NCBI GenBank assembly: GCA_965217185.1
Contig: OZ244252.1
Location: 3,200,001 to 3,264,000 of the forward strand
Reading direction: 5' to 3'
DNA from: an uncultured Candidatus Entotheonella sp.
GTDB lineage: Bacteria; Tectomicrobia; Entotheonellia; Entotheonellales; Entotheonellaceae
DNA: 64,000 nt
Shown here: positions 1 through 11,211 of the stretch, in pieces
How positions within the stretch are numbered: position 1 is the first letter of the stretch
Layout: every line of letters begins with the position of its first letter
Translations under genes and position numbers: made by a program
The notes under the pieces: generated by a model
Databases searched by the model: none
The model's input: the letters and a program-made list of their open reading frames with translations, nothing else
What the model was told of the DNA's origin: nothing

Positions 1-714
1 TTGCTGAAAGACGCCGCGCACCGCGTGACGCTGCAGGTGAGCAGCAAGGGGCCGGTGCGGAGTATTCTGGTGGAGGCAAACGGGGCGGGGCAGGTGCGGG
101 GCTACCTGGGACAACCCGCCATCAACGTACCGTCACGCAACGGCAAGCTCGACGTCAGCGGCGCTGTGGGCAAAGGCATTCTGCACGTCATCCGGGAAAC
201 CGGCGCCTCCGAACCATACAGTGGCACCGTGCCGTTGGTGTCCGGCGAAATCGCCGAGGACCTGGCGTCGTACTTCGTGCAGTCCGAGCAAATCCCCAGC
301 GCCGTGTCCTTGGGCGTATTCGTCACCCCCGACCACACCGTGGCCGCCGCCGCCGGCTTCCTGGTGCAATTTCACGCCGACGTCGATGATGACCTGGTTG
401 TTCACGTCGAGCAGGCCCTCGGCGCCGTACCGTCCGTCACCACCCTGGTGTGCGAGGGATACGGCCCGCAAGACATCCTGCGCCGTGCCCTCGGCGGCCT
501 GGACCTTGACGTCGTCAAAGACGCCGCTCCCGCCTGGCACTGCGGCTGTTCCCAGGATCGCGTCGTCCGCGCCCTCCTCGCCTTGGGGCCGCAGCAACTC
601 GGCCAACTCATCAGCGAGCAACCCGAAACCCAGGTCCGCTGCGAGTTTTGCACCACCGAGTACACGTTTTCACAGCAGGAATTGTCACAAATGATGGCGG
701 ACGCGATGGCGTGA
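1..714 (+). CDS. hslO: Hsp33 redox-regulated chaperone (5' end outside window)
   Basis: SGEIAEDLASYFVQSEQIPSAV motif and C-terminal zinc switch CGCS...CEFC. Confidence 0.93.
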   Translation: MLKDAAHRVTLQVSSKGPVRSILVEANGAGQVRGYLGQPAINVPSRNGKLDVSGAVGKGILHVIRETGASEPYSGTVPLVSGEIAEDLASYFVQSEQIPSAVSLGVFVTPDHTVAAAAGFLVQFHADVDDDLVVHVEQALGAVPSVTTLVCEGYGPQDILRRALGGLDLDVVKDAAPAWHCGCSQDRVVRALLALGPQQLGQLISEQPETQVRCEFCTTEYTFSQQELSQMMADAMA

Positions 715-725
715 GAACGGAGCGC

Positions 726-1766
726 TCAGGATTCTTGGGGGGCGGTCACCTGCTCGGAGTCCGTGCTCGGAGCGGCAATTTGCAGGCTGGCCAGGCCGCC
801 GGCGACCCTGCCGAGATGCGCGCGCAACTCGCTGCGGGAATTGTCGATCATCGTTAGCGCGCGGGAGAAGCGCCCGTCCAGCTCAGCCTGCATGGACGCA
901 ATGCCGTCCTCGATGCTGCGCAGGCAGGCGTCGAGTTTCTGAGTATCGACCGTTTGCGCCGACCGCAGCACGGTCTGAAAAACGAGCAGCAGGTACGGCA
1001 CGACCATGCTGTAGCTGATCAGTACGACGTTCCACTGAAAGACGTCGGTCTGCACGCGGGTGCATAATTCGTAGACCGCATCGGGCACGGCGGCGATGCC
1101 GAAATTCACGGTCACGTTCGGGTCGATGTATTTTCTGACCTCCCTGGCCTTGTCCCGGACCGCGGCCTCGATGCGGGTCTTGACCCGCTGGCGCTCGTCC
1201 GGGTCTTCGGCAGCCAGAAACCGCTCGATGAGGTTTGTGGCCGGCCACTTGCTGTCGATGGGCAGCACGAGCCGGTTGGGCAACCGTAGCCCAAACTCGA
1301 CCGACTTGTTGCCCACCTGGAAATCCCGCACCTGCCACTCTGCCGGCAAGCGCGCGAACAGGGTTTCGAGGATGTTCTCCCCGGCGGCGCCCTTGCTCTG
1401 CGTGCCGGCGATGACGGCTTCGAGCCGCTTGATGGACTCGGCCGTCTGCTCTTCCAACCCCTGCCGGGCGTGGCTGTGCGTCTGAAGCTGGGCGACGCCC
1501 TCCTTGGCGTGCACGAGTTGATCGTGGATGACCGCCGTGGCGCTCATCAGCCGCGCCGTGGCGGAGTCCGTCTTCGCCAAACCGGTCCGCAGGTCGCCAA
1601 TGCCCTGATCTACGCGGACCTGGTTATGCTCCATGCCCGACACCCGCTCGTTCACCCCACGCAGTTCAAGCTGGACATTGTGCAGCGCCTTCAACACGAC
1701 CCACACGACTGCCAGCAGCACCGCGATCACCGCGGCCAGTCCTATCCCAAGCAGCGTTCCGTTCAT
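726..1766 (-). CDS. rmuC: DNA recombination protein RmuC family
   Basis: N-terminal TM helix, coiled coil, KGAAGENILE and LPIDSKWP motifs, KYIDP. Confidence 0.85.
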   Translation of the reverse strand: MNGTLLGIGLAAVIAVLLAVVWVVLKALHNVQLELRGVNERVSGMEHNQVRVDQGIGDLRTGLAKTDSATARLMSATAVIHDQLVHAKEGVAQLQTHSHARQGLEEQTAESIKRLEAVIAGTQSKGAAGENILETLFARLPAEWQVRDFQVGNKSVEFGLRLPNRLVLPIDSKWPATNLIERFLAAEDPDERQRVKTRIEAAVRDKAREVRKYIDPNVTVNFGIAAVPDAVYELCTRVQTDVFQWNVVLISYSMVVPYLLLVFQTVLRSAQTVDTQKLDACLRSIEDGIASMQAELDGRFSRALTMIDNSRSELRAHLGRVAGGLASLQIAAPSTDSEQVTAPQES

Positions 1767-1797
1767 GAGCGTCCCTTAGTCAGTTCATTTCGATGAT

Positions 1798-2361
1798 TCA
1801 GCGTCCATTCCCGATCTGGTTGTTAATATACTGTTGCAGGTCGCCGAGGAATCCCTCCACGAATTCATCGGCCTTTTTATATGAGTCGAATATCTCTGCT
1901 GCTGTCATCGGGACGTTGAATTGGGCGAAATTCTGATGAACCAACTGGTTCCTGAGGCTTCCCAATTGGAGAAACGCGCTTATTGAGTCAGCCAGAGCAG
2001 GGTCGGCACGAACCCTGCCCTCCATAAACTCACGGAATGCAGCTCCAAAGGCCCCAAAGAATTGATTGGCGTTGCGTGCCTTCCAGTTAAACCATTGGTG
2101 GTAACGGCGCTCAATCGCCATGTTTCGCACAAACGAGACCAAGGCGTCGGAGTCATTGGTGCCGTCCAGAAAAGCCCGTTCAATTCCGTCGGTCATTCTG
2201 GTCTCAAAATAGCTCGCGACAGAAAGCAATAACGCCTTCACAAAAGCGGCTTCTGTTCTAATTTGTAAGGAAGTGTCGCCAGTCAATTGGAGGCAATCCA
2301 TCAACTCACGATGCTCGTTCATCATCCTCTCGATGGCATTTTCGGAATACGGCTCCGTCAT
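1798..2361 (-). CDS. HEPN-domain protein (MAE_28990/RiboL-PSP-like), putative RNase effector
   Basis: Helical protein with LLSVASYFE and the RxxxxH motif RNQLVH; 5 bp downstream of the DUF262 gene; AT-richer than flanks. Confidence 0.75.
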   Translation of the reverse strand: MTEPYSENAIERMMNEHRELMDCLQLTGDTSLQIRTEAAFVKALLLSVASYFETRMTDGIERAFLDGTNDSDALVSFVRNMAIERRYHQWFNWKARNANQFFGAFGAAFREFMEGRVRADPALADSISAFLQLGSLRNQLVHQNFAQFNVPMTAAEIFDSYKKADEFVEGFLGDLQQYINNQIGNGR

Positions 2362-2366
2362 TGCGT

Positions 2367-3563
2367 TTAGTCCACAATGAGGACGACGCTGGCCCGTGAT
2401 AATCGGGTTCGGACGCTTGCCGTGTCAGATGTTTTACTTTGAGTTGCCCCTCTGAAGTCTGGGTCCCCCTTCAAGTTCATTAGTGATTGGGCGTTGACCC
2501 TGCCGTTGATGGTTCCATGTCCCTCGTATGGCGTGGTGCAGGCAGCGACGAATACCGACTCGAAAATCATAGGGCTGAAGCGCCCTCGACTGCTATGAAA
2601 GGCATCCGATTTCAGGTGTTTGCAACTGTCAAGAAAGGACTGCAGTAACCGTTGCAACTGATTGAGATGTTTTTCGTTGAATGACTTGGCCTCTTGGGAA
2701 AAGCGATTCAAAAACTTAACCATTGAGGGCCGGTAAGTCTCTCCGCTGATCAGCATCGCAAAGCCCCGGAGGAGGATTTCTACATCCTTCATGTGGGTGT
2801 CAGGGATCTGCGCGCCAACCAGAGCCCTCCATTCTGGCTTCGTGTTCGTCCGATAGAGCATCTCGTAAAATTTGGAGTCATACATACACCGCCGGATTTC
2901 CTGCGGTCTTAAATTTACGCCGCCTGAATTCAGCCGGTTGAAAATTTCATACATGGCATCATCGCCTTTCGGATGTATCTGCTGAACGATAATGTTCCGG
3001 ATGGTGCGAAGATCGAAATGTGTTTGATATTCTTCGCCTAGACTGGAGTACCTCCCCCGGTGAAATCGGTTTGGCTGGCCGGGGGTATTTTTGGGCAAGG
3101 CGAGTCGGAAGTCGCTGAAATACTCGTCGTTCGAGAGAACCTCCGCTGGCATGTTGCTTCGTCCGTCGGAAAGCAACCGTAATTCAGCCAGTTTTTCTCT
3201 ACGAGGGAATCTTTCCTTCACGAAATAGTAGATGGACATCAACCGTTGCTGCCCGTCTATGACAAGGAACTTATTCCGGGCCTGTTCGTAAAGGAATACC
3301 TGGGGTATCGGAAGTCCAACGATAATGGACTCTATTAACCTAGACGCCCGCTTGACGTCCCAGACGTAGTTTCGTTGAAACCCCGGGATGATGACAACGC
3401 CCGAATCGATGAAGTCGACGAGCGTCTTGGTATTGAAGTCATTGGGTGATGACACCAAGTTATACTGGTCGATGGGATATGATCCATCCTCCGCATCGTC
3501 TTCGTCGTCGATGTCGGGTTCATACCGGTCTCTTTCTTCCTGTTCTGTTGTCGCAAGCGTCAT
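2367..3563 (-). CDS. DUF262 (GmrS/ParB-like NTPase) domain protein
   Basis: IPGFQRNYVW, IDGQQRL and IFNRLNSGGVNL motifs; start set at ATG 3563 behind a GAAGGA RBS. Confidence 0.9.
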   Translation of the reverse strand: MTLATTEQEERDRYEPDIDDEDDAEDGSYPIDQYNLVSSPNDFNTKTLVDFIDSGVVIIPGFQRNYVWDVKRASRLIESIIVGLPIPQVFLYEQARNKFLVIDGQQRLMSIYYFVKERFPRREKLAELRLLSDGRSNMPAEVLSNDEYFSDFRLALPKNTPGQPNRFHRGRYSSLGEEYQTHFDLRTIRNIIVQQIHPKGDDAMYEIFNRLNSGGVNLRPQEIRRCMYDSKFYEMLYRTNTKPEWRALVGAQIPDTHMKDVEILLRGFAMLISGETYRPSMVKFLNRFSQEAKSFNEKHLNQLQRLLQSFLDSCKHLKSDAFHSSRGRFSPMIFESVFVAACTTPYEGHGTINGRVNAQSLMNLKGDPDFRGATQSKTSDTASVRTRLSRASVVLIVD

Positions 3564-3837
3564 AATCGAATCCTTCTGGCTGGAGGGACTCCTTGCAAGG
3601 TTCCCCACTTGGTAGCTCCAACTCTCTTGCTCAGAGCGGCGCGGGTGGGCGCCTAAATCCGCTGTTGGCCGGTCCATTTGACAATTTCGACTAGATTAGC
3701 AGATTTTGAAATGACTGGCGTTCGTTGACGGGTGGGTATCCTCGTCAAAACTCGCTGGCAGGACAGAGCGCGGCTTTCGCCGTAACAATACGGGTTGATT
3801 TGATCGGGGTTTCAGGCTTTATGCCGCCTTCCCTGGA

Positions 3838-4461
3838 TTATACCGGGTCGATGTTCCAGTGATCGATGACCCACTGGTCGTGATACAGGCGAAAAAAACA
3901 CAGGGCACCAGTTGAAATTTTGATACCGTGCCGGTGCCTGAAGCCCTCGAAATCTCCCGTCAGATGCGGTGCGAAGCGGGCGATGCCGTTACTGGTTACA
4001 ACGAGCACCGTCTGGCCGCTGAAGGATTGGCGGCAGGCGTCCCCGAAGGCCAGCCAATCTTGGATGATGGCTTGCGGGTCAACCAGCCAGCCGGGCGGCG
4101 CTTTGGCGCGTTCGTTCCAGTCGCGGAGGGCCTGGTCGCCGATTCTGGCGACGACGGCGGATTCGGGCTGGTTCTCGTCGGAACCGTAGTCGATCTCGTT
4201 GAACCGCGCGTCGATGGTAATGGGCAGGTCACATCCCGCGGCTTCCACGGCGAGACGGGCGGTGTCGCAAGAGCGCTTCAGCGGCGCGGCGAACACCATG
4301 TCGGGCACCATTTGGTGACGGCGCAGATAGTCGCCGATGCGCTTGGCTTGCGCCTCGCCGCTTGCCACGAGTGGCAGGTTGGTGCGCCGGCCGACTCGTC
4401 TTGGGGTGTCGCCGGGGTCGAAGGTGTTGCCGTGCCGGGCGATGATCAGGCGGGTGGTCAT
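3838..4461 (-). CDS. Histidine phosphatase (phosphoglycerate mutase family)
   Basis: ARHGNT motif, NEIDYG; 4 bp downstream of kdsB. Confidence 0.85.
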   Translation of the reverse strand: MTTRLIIARHGNTFDPGDTPRRVGRRTNLPLVASGEAQAKRIGDYLRRHQMVPDMVFAAPLKRSCDTARLAVEAAGCDLPITIDARFNEIDYGSDENQPESAVVARIGDQALRDWNERAKAPPGWLVDPQAIIQDWLAFGDACRQSFSGQTVLVVTSNGIARFAPHLTGDFEGFRHRHGIKISTGALCFFRLYHDQWVIDHWNIDPV

Positions 4462-4465
4462 GGAG

Positions 4466-5281
4466 TCAATCCGCCAGCAACTCGCCGTGGCGGGCGATGA
4501 GTGCCTCGGCGCGGGCTACGTCCTCGGGGCTGTCCACACCGGACATGGCGGCGCGGCCCCGGTAATCAACCTGCACGACGCGGATGCCGTAGCCGTGCTC
4601 CAGAACCCGAAGCTGCTCCAATCCCTCAAGTTGCTCGTAGTATCCCGCCGGCAGCGTGACGTAGGTTTCCAGCATCTGGCGGCTGTAGCCATACAGCCCG
4701 ACGTGTCGGAGTACCGGGGATAAGGCCCCTTGCCGCCGCAGCGCTTCCTCATTCCGCATGGCCGGAATGATCTGCTTGGAAAACCACCGCGCGTTGCCAT
4801 GCGGGTCCACAATCACGCAGGTGCCGCTGAACGGCGTCTCGCGCTTCTGGGTCCGCAGCCGGTCCAGTTCCGGCCAGCTCAACCGCACCGCGGGTGTGAC
4901 CACCTCGATTGACGGGTCGGTCTCGAAAGCCCGCAGCATGGCGGCAATGAAATCGGGCGGCGTCAGCGGCGCGTCGCCCTGCAGATTGATCACCACGTCG
5001 TACGCCAGCGGCAGTTCCCGGAGCGCCGCCAGCGCCCGGTCCGTGCCGCTGGGGCAGGATGTCGGCGTCATCACCCACGGTGCCCCAATCTCCTCGCAAT
5101 GCGCGCCGATGCGGGCGTCGTCCGTCGCCACCACCACGTCGATGTTGCCGTTGTCCCGCGCCGCGGCGCGGGCGATATTGCACACCCGAGACAGCATTGT
5201 TTGCCCGGCGATGCGCGTCAGCGGCTTGCCCGGCAGGCGCGTCGATCCGTAACGGGCGGGGATGATCAGAATGGCTCGCAT
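4466..5281 (-). CDS. kdsB: 3-deoxy-manno-octulosonate cytidylyltransferase
   Basis: IPARYGSTRLPGKPL, SGTDR, NLQGDAP, HVGLYGY, LEGLEQLRVLEHG. Confidence 0.92.
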   Translation of the reverse strand: MRAILIIPARYGSTRLPGKPLTRIAGQTMLSRVCNIARAAARDNGNIDVVVATDDARIGAHCEEIGAPWVMTPTSCPSGTDRALAALRELPLAYDVVINLQGDAPLTPPDFIAAMLRAFETDPSIEVVTPAVRLSWPELDRLRTQKRETPFSGTCVIVDPHGNARWFSKQIIPAMRNEEALRRQGALSPVLRHVGLYGYSRQMLETYVTLPAGYYEQLEGLEQLRVLEHGYGIRVVQVDYRGRAAMSGVDSPEDVARAEALIARHGELLAD

Positions 5282-5391
5282 GTGCGGCGTCCTTTGGGAG
5301 GTGAGAAGCGGGCGCGGCCCGTTGTCTGGCGGGGCAGATATGCTACCATAACGGCTTTATCCGCAGTGCGTCCCGGATCGAGGGGTAAACC

Positions 5392-7101
<1,710 letters not shown>

Positions 7102-7122
7102 TTCGTGATTGAGGAGTCCTTC

Positions 7123-8577
7123 ATGACGCAGTCACAGGTGCGTGTCCGCATCGCGCCGAGCCCGACCGGCGCGCCGCACGTCGGCACCGCCTATATCGGG
7201 TTGTTCAACTACGTGTTCGCGCGCGTGCACGGCGGGCAGTGCGTCATCCGCATCGAGGACACGGACCAGGCGCGCTCGGAACGGCGCTACGAAGAAGACA
7301 TCCTGCGCTCCCTGCGCTGGGTCGGCCTGGCGTGGGACGAAGGACCGGACGTCGGTGGCGCTTACGGCCCCTACCGGCAGTCGGAACGCCTGCCCGTCTA
7401 CCGCGAACACGTGCAGCAGTTGCTCGACAGCGGCGCGGCGTACCGCTGCTGGTGCACGCCGGAACGCCTGGAAGCGGTGCGCCAGCAACAGCGGCAGGAC
7501 AAGGCGCCGATGCGCTATGACGGGCACTGCCGATACCTCACCGAGGCTGAGGCAAAGGCCCACGGCGACCAGCCCTCGGTGGTGCGTCTCAAGGTGCCGG
7601 AAGACGGCAGCACCGTGGTGCACGACGCGTTTCGCGACCCCATTACCATCGAGCACGGACAGATCGACGACCAGGTGCTGCTCAAATCCGACGGCTACCC
7701 CACCTACCACTTGGCCAACGTCGTAGATGACCACGTCATGGAAATCTCGCACGTCATCCGCGCCGAAGAGTGGATTTCTTCGACTCCCAAGCACCTCATG
7801 TTGTACCACGCCTTCGGCTGGGCGCCGCCGGTGTTCATGCACATGCCGCTGCTGCGCAACGCCGACCGCAGCAAGATCAGCAAGCGCAAGAATCCGGTGT
7901 CGCTGCGCTACTACGAGCGTCAGGGTTACCTGCCTGAGGCGCTGCTCAACTTCCTGGCGCTGATGGGGTGGTCGATGCCCGACGAGCGCGAGGTCTTCAC
8001 GCTGGCCGAGATGATCGAGTCGTTTTCGTTCGACCGCATCAGCCTGGGCGGGCCCGTTTTCGATCTGCAAAAACTGGAATGGCTGAACGGCATGTACATC
8101 CGCCAACTCTCGCCCGCGGCTCTGTCGGAGCGGCTCTTGGAAAACGCGCGTGCGAAGTCCCGGCTGTTGGACGACAACGCCTACGTGGACGCCATCACGC
8201 CGCTGCTGCAGGAGCGTCTGCGCACGCTGGGCGATTTCCAGGACATGGCGGCGTTCTTCTACGACACGCCGCTGGCCTACGACAAGGCTCTGTTGCTGCC
8301 CAAGGGCAGGAACCCGCGCGAGGCCGTCAAGGTGCTGACGGAGGTGGCCGAGGTACTGACGCGACACGCCGGCCCCTGGCAGGACGCGGAGCTGGAAGCC
8401 AGCGTGCGCGCGTACGTCGAGGGCGCCAAATGGCCGGGCCGCGACCTGTTCATGACCCTGCGGACCGCGGTAACCGGCCGCACCGCCTCGCCGCCTTTGT
8501 TTGCCACCATGCAGGTTCTGGGCAGGGACCTCTGCCTGTCCCGGCTCGAGGACGCCGTGGCCCTGCTGCAAAAATAG
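7123..8577 (+). CDS. gltX: Glutamate--tRNA ligase
   Basis: RIAPSPTGAPHVG, RIEDTD, PTYHLANVVDD, KISKR; ATG behind GAGGAG. Confidence 0.96.
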   Translation: MTQSQVRVRIAPSPTGAPHVGTAYIGLFNYVFARVHGGQCVIRIEDTDQARSERRYEEDILRSLRWVGLAWDEGPDVGGAYGPYRQSERLPVYREHVQQLLDSGAAYRCWCTPERLEAVRQQQRQDKAPMRYDGHCRYLTEAEAKAHGDQPSVVRLKVPEDGSTVVHDAFRDPITIEHGQIDDQVLLKSDGYPTYHLANVVDDHVMEISHVIRAEEWISSTPKHLMLYHAFGWAPPVFMHMPLLRNADRSKISKRKNPVSLRYYERQGYLPEALLNFLALMGWSMPDEREVFTLAEMIESFSFDRISLGGPVFDLQKLEWLNGMYIRQLSPAALSERLLENARAKSRLLDDNAYVDAITPLLQERLRTLGDFQDMAAFFYDTPLAYDKALLLPKGRNPREAVKVLTEVAEVLTRHAGPWQDAELEASVRAYVEGAKWPGRDLFMTLRTAVTGRTASPPLFATMQVLGRDLCLSRLEDAVALLQK

Positions 8578-8594
8578 GGGCCGGAAGAACAGGC

Positions 8595-9509
8595 ATGAGC
8601 ACCACCTTCGGCATCACCTTTCTCGGCACCTCCGCCGCCGTTCCCACCGTGAAGCGCAACGTCTCCGCCACCCTGGTGACGTATCGGGATTTGAAGTGGC
8701 TGATCGACTGCGGCGAGGGCACACAGCGGCAGATCACGCGGGCGGGCAACGGCTTCAAGAACCTCACGCACGTCTTTCTGAGCCACGAGCACCTGGACCA
8801 CATCCTCGGCATGGGCGGGCTTCTGGCGACCTTCAACATGCTGCAGCCGGTCAAGCGGCTGGCAGTTTACGGCAATCCTGCGACCCTCGGCCGGGTGCGC
8901 CAGATGGCCGGCTTCATCGGCCGCTCGCTGCAGTACGATCTGCAATGGCACGAGATCAGCGAGGGACTGATCTACACGCACCGCCAGCTCGACTGTTATG
9001 CCTTCGCAACGAAGCATCGGGTCAAGCGGTCATACGGCTTTGTGTTCCAGGAGAAGCCCCGGCGTCGGTTTCAGCCCGAAGCCGCCGAACGTCTCGGCAT
9101 TCCCCCCGGACCGGAACGGCGCCGGTTGCTCGCCGGCGAAAGCCTGCGCGGCGCCAACGGGCAGATCGTGCGGCCCGACGACGTGCTGGGGCCGGAAGAG
9201 CCCGGCAAGAAGCTCGTTTACGTCAGCGATTCGATGTATTTCGATGGGCTAACAGAGGCGGCGGCCGGTGCCCATTGCCTGATCAGCGAGGCCACCTTTT
9301 TGCAGGCGGATGCGGAGTTGGCCGCCGAAGTCGGCCACATGACCGCCGCGCAGGCCGCCAGCGTGGCACGCGACGCTGGCGTGGAGGTGCTGTATTTGAA
9401 CCATCTGTCGCAGCGTTACGCGCAGGCCGAGCACCTGTTTCTTGAAGAAGCACGGCGGATTTTCCCGAACACGCATCTCGCCAATGATCTGGAGAGCATC
9501 ACGGTGTAA
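8595..9509 (+). CDS. rnz: Ribonuclease Z
   Basis: FLGTSAAVPT, DCGEGTQRQ, HEHLDH, exosite GIPPGP, EATF, GHMT, NHLSQRY. Confidence 0.9.
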   Translation: MSTTFGITFLGTSAAVPTVKRNVSATLVTYRDLKWLIDCGEGTQRQITRAGNGFKNLTHVFLSHEHLDHILGMGGLLATFNMLQPVKRLAVYGNPATLGRVRQMAGFIGRSLQYDLQWHEISEGLIYTHRQLDCYAFATKHRVKRSYGFVFQEKPRRRFQPEAAERLGIPPGPERRRLLAGESLRGANGQIVRPDDVLGPEEPGKKLVYVSDSMYFDGLTEAAAGAHCLISEATFLQADAELAAEVGHMTAAQAASVARDAGVEVLYLNHLSQRYAQAEHLFLEEARRIFPNTHLANDLESITV

Positions 9510-9582
9510 GAAGCGCAGGCACGTCAGCCGGCGCCGCATACCTTAAACGTAAACCATGTTCCCGGTTTAATCTGTAAAGGAT

Positions 9583-11078
9583 GAGCCACTTGCAGAATTG
9601 CGTGTACGAGTGGGATTTTCTTTCTCCGTGTCAAGCACGGGGCAGGCTCTGGGGCTGATTGGTGGACATTGGGGCCGCTTTCTGATTCTGTTGAGTTGTC
9701 AAACAACCGAATCAGGAGGAACGACCCCAATGGCCTTACGTGAGATACTATCGAGTTACTGGTCTTGCTTTCAAGCGCTGCTGTTCCCGCAGCTTGAGGA
9801 AACGATCGGGGCGCTGGGGGAACGCCATCAGCGCTTCGTCATGGTGCTCGAATGGGTGCGGGTGGAAACGCTGCTGCCGTACCAGCACCGGCGTCGCGGC
9901 TGTCCGCCAAGCGACCGCGCGGCCTTAGCCCGCGCCTTCATCGCCAAGGCCGTCTTCGCGCTGGTTAGCACCCGGATGTTGCTTGATCGTCTGCGCCACG
10001 ACAGCACCCTGCGCCGGTTGTGCGGCTGGCGTAGCGTCAAGCACATTCCGAGCGAGGCGACGTTTTCACGTGCCTTTGCCGAATTTGCCGACAGCGCCTT
10101 GCCGAGCCACCTGCACGAGGCGCTGATCAAACGCACCCAGGGTGAGCGTCTGGCAGGCCATATTTCACGCGATTCGACGGCGATTGAAGGGCGCGAGAGA
10201 CCGACCCCGAAGGCGCCGCAGCCGGCCAAGCCGAAGCGGCGGCGCGGGCGTCCGCGCAAGGGCGAGGAGCGCCCCACGGAGCCGCGCCGTCTGGAGCGCC
10301 AGCGCAACATGACCCTGCCGGAGATGCTCGCCGACTTGCCGTACGCCTGTGACATTGGCGTCAAGCGCGACGCCAAAGGCTATCAGACGTCATGGAGCGG
10401 CTACAAGTTGCATATTGACGCGGCCGACGGCGCCATCCCGGTCAGTTGCCTGCTTACCTCGGCGTCGCTGCACGACAGCCAAGTCGCCATCCCGCTGGCG
10501 ACCCTGACGGCGGAGCGAGTCCGCAACCTGTATGACCTGATGGACAGCGCCTACGATGCCCCGGAAATCCGCGCCCACAGCCGCGCCCTGGGTCATGTTG
10601 CGATCATCGACGTCAACCCCCGCAGCGGCGCGCGCAAGCAGGCGCTGCGGCAGGAGAGGCAGGCACGGCGTGCCTGTGGGTTGGTCCTGTCTGAGGAGAG
10701 ACGTTACCACGAACGCTCGACCGTCGAGCGCGTCAATGGTCGCCTCAAGGATGAATTCGGAGGTCGCAGCGTGCGCGTGCGCGGCCATGCCAAGGTGCTG
10801 TGTCATCTGATGTTCGGGATTGTGGCGCTCACGGTTGATCAGTTGATGCGCTTGGTGACCTGAAGCTGGTCTCGCGGCCCCGTTTCCTCCATCCCGGCAC
10901 ACGCTGCTGTCCTGTACGCAGGGGGGAGAGTTGCGTCCGCATCGCAAGACGGGAGCCGGAACTCGGCACCGCCATGGCTGAATTCGTGGCAATTGGAACC
11001 ACCGACGGCAAATGATTCACCGTACGGTCTCATGACAACCGCTCCGAGGCCAAACTAGCGGAGTTTTGCAAGTGGCTC
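9583..11078 (+). mobile_element. Complete insertion sequence (IS5/IS1182-like DDE), 1496 bp
   Basis: TIRs GAGCCACTTGCAGAATT (from 9583) and AGTTTTGCAAGTGGCTC (to 11078); 4-bp direct repeat GGAT at 9579-9582 and 11079-11082. Confidence 0.92.
9730..10863 (+). CDS. DDE transposase (DUF772 plus DDE_Tnp_1 type)
   Basis: PSEATFSR, ISRDSTAI, GYKLH, MDSAYD, RSTVERVNGRLK; ATG behind GGAGG. Confidence 0.92.
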   Translation: MALREILSSYWSCFQALLFPQLEETIGALGERHQRFVMVLEWVRVETLLPYQHRRRGCPPSDRAALARAFIAKAVFALVSTRMLLDRLRHDSTLRRLCGWRSVKHIPSEATFSRAFAEFADSALPSHLHEALIKRTQGERLAGHISRDSTAIEGRERPTPKAPQPAKPKRRRGRPRKGEERPTEPRRLERQRNMTLPEMLADLPYACDIGVKRDAKGYQTSWSGYKLHIDAADGAIPVSCLLTSASLHDSQVAIPLATLTAERVRNLYDLMDSAYDAPEIRAHSRALGHVAIIDVNPRSGARKQALRQERQARRACGLVLSEERRYHERSTVERVNGRLKDEFGGRSVRVRGHAKVLCHLMFGIVALTVDQLMRLVT

Positions 11079-11106
11079 GGATGTTACCGGTTTGTACCGC
11101 CCACCA

Positions 11107-11170
11107 CTCCCCCCTTGAGGGGGAGCCGGCGAAACAAGGGCGCAGCCCGCAGGCGAGCCGGTGGGGGGAG
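11107..11170. repeat. GC-rich palindromic REP-like element (variant subtype)
   Basis: CTCCCCCCTTGAGGGGGAG hairpin followed by CCGGC...GCCGG and a G-run; intergenic, next to the IS right end. Confidence 0.55.
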
Positions 11171-11211
11171 TCCAACGCCGCGCAAATGATGTCATCTGAT
11201 ACGGAAATGGT

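Noticed and set aside
7968..8594. N-terminal extension of RNase Z in the ORF track, and similar extensions at 16783, 41173, 44377 and 62570
   Set aside because: They overlap neighbouring real genes or repeats; family similarity and RBS positions support the shorter starts
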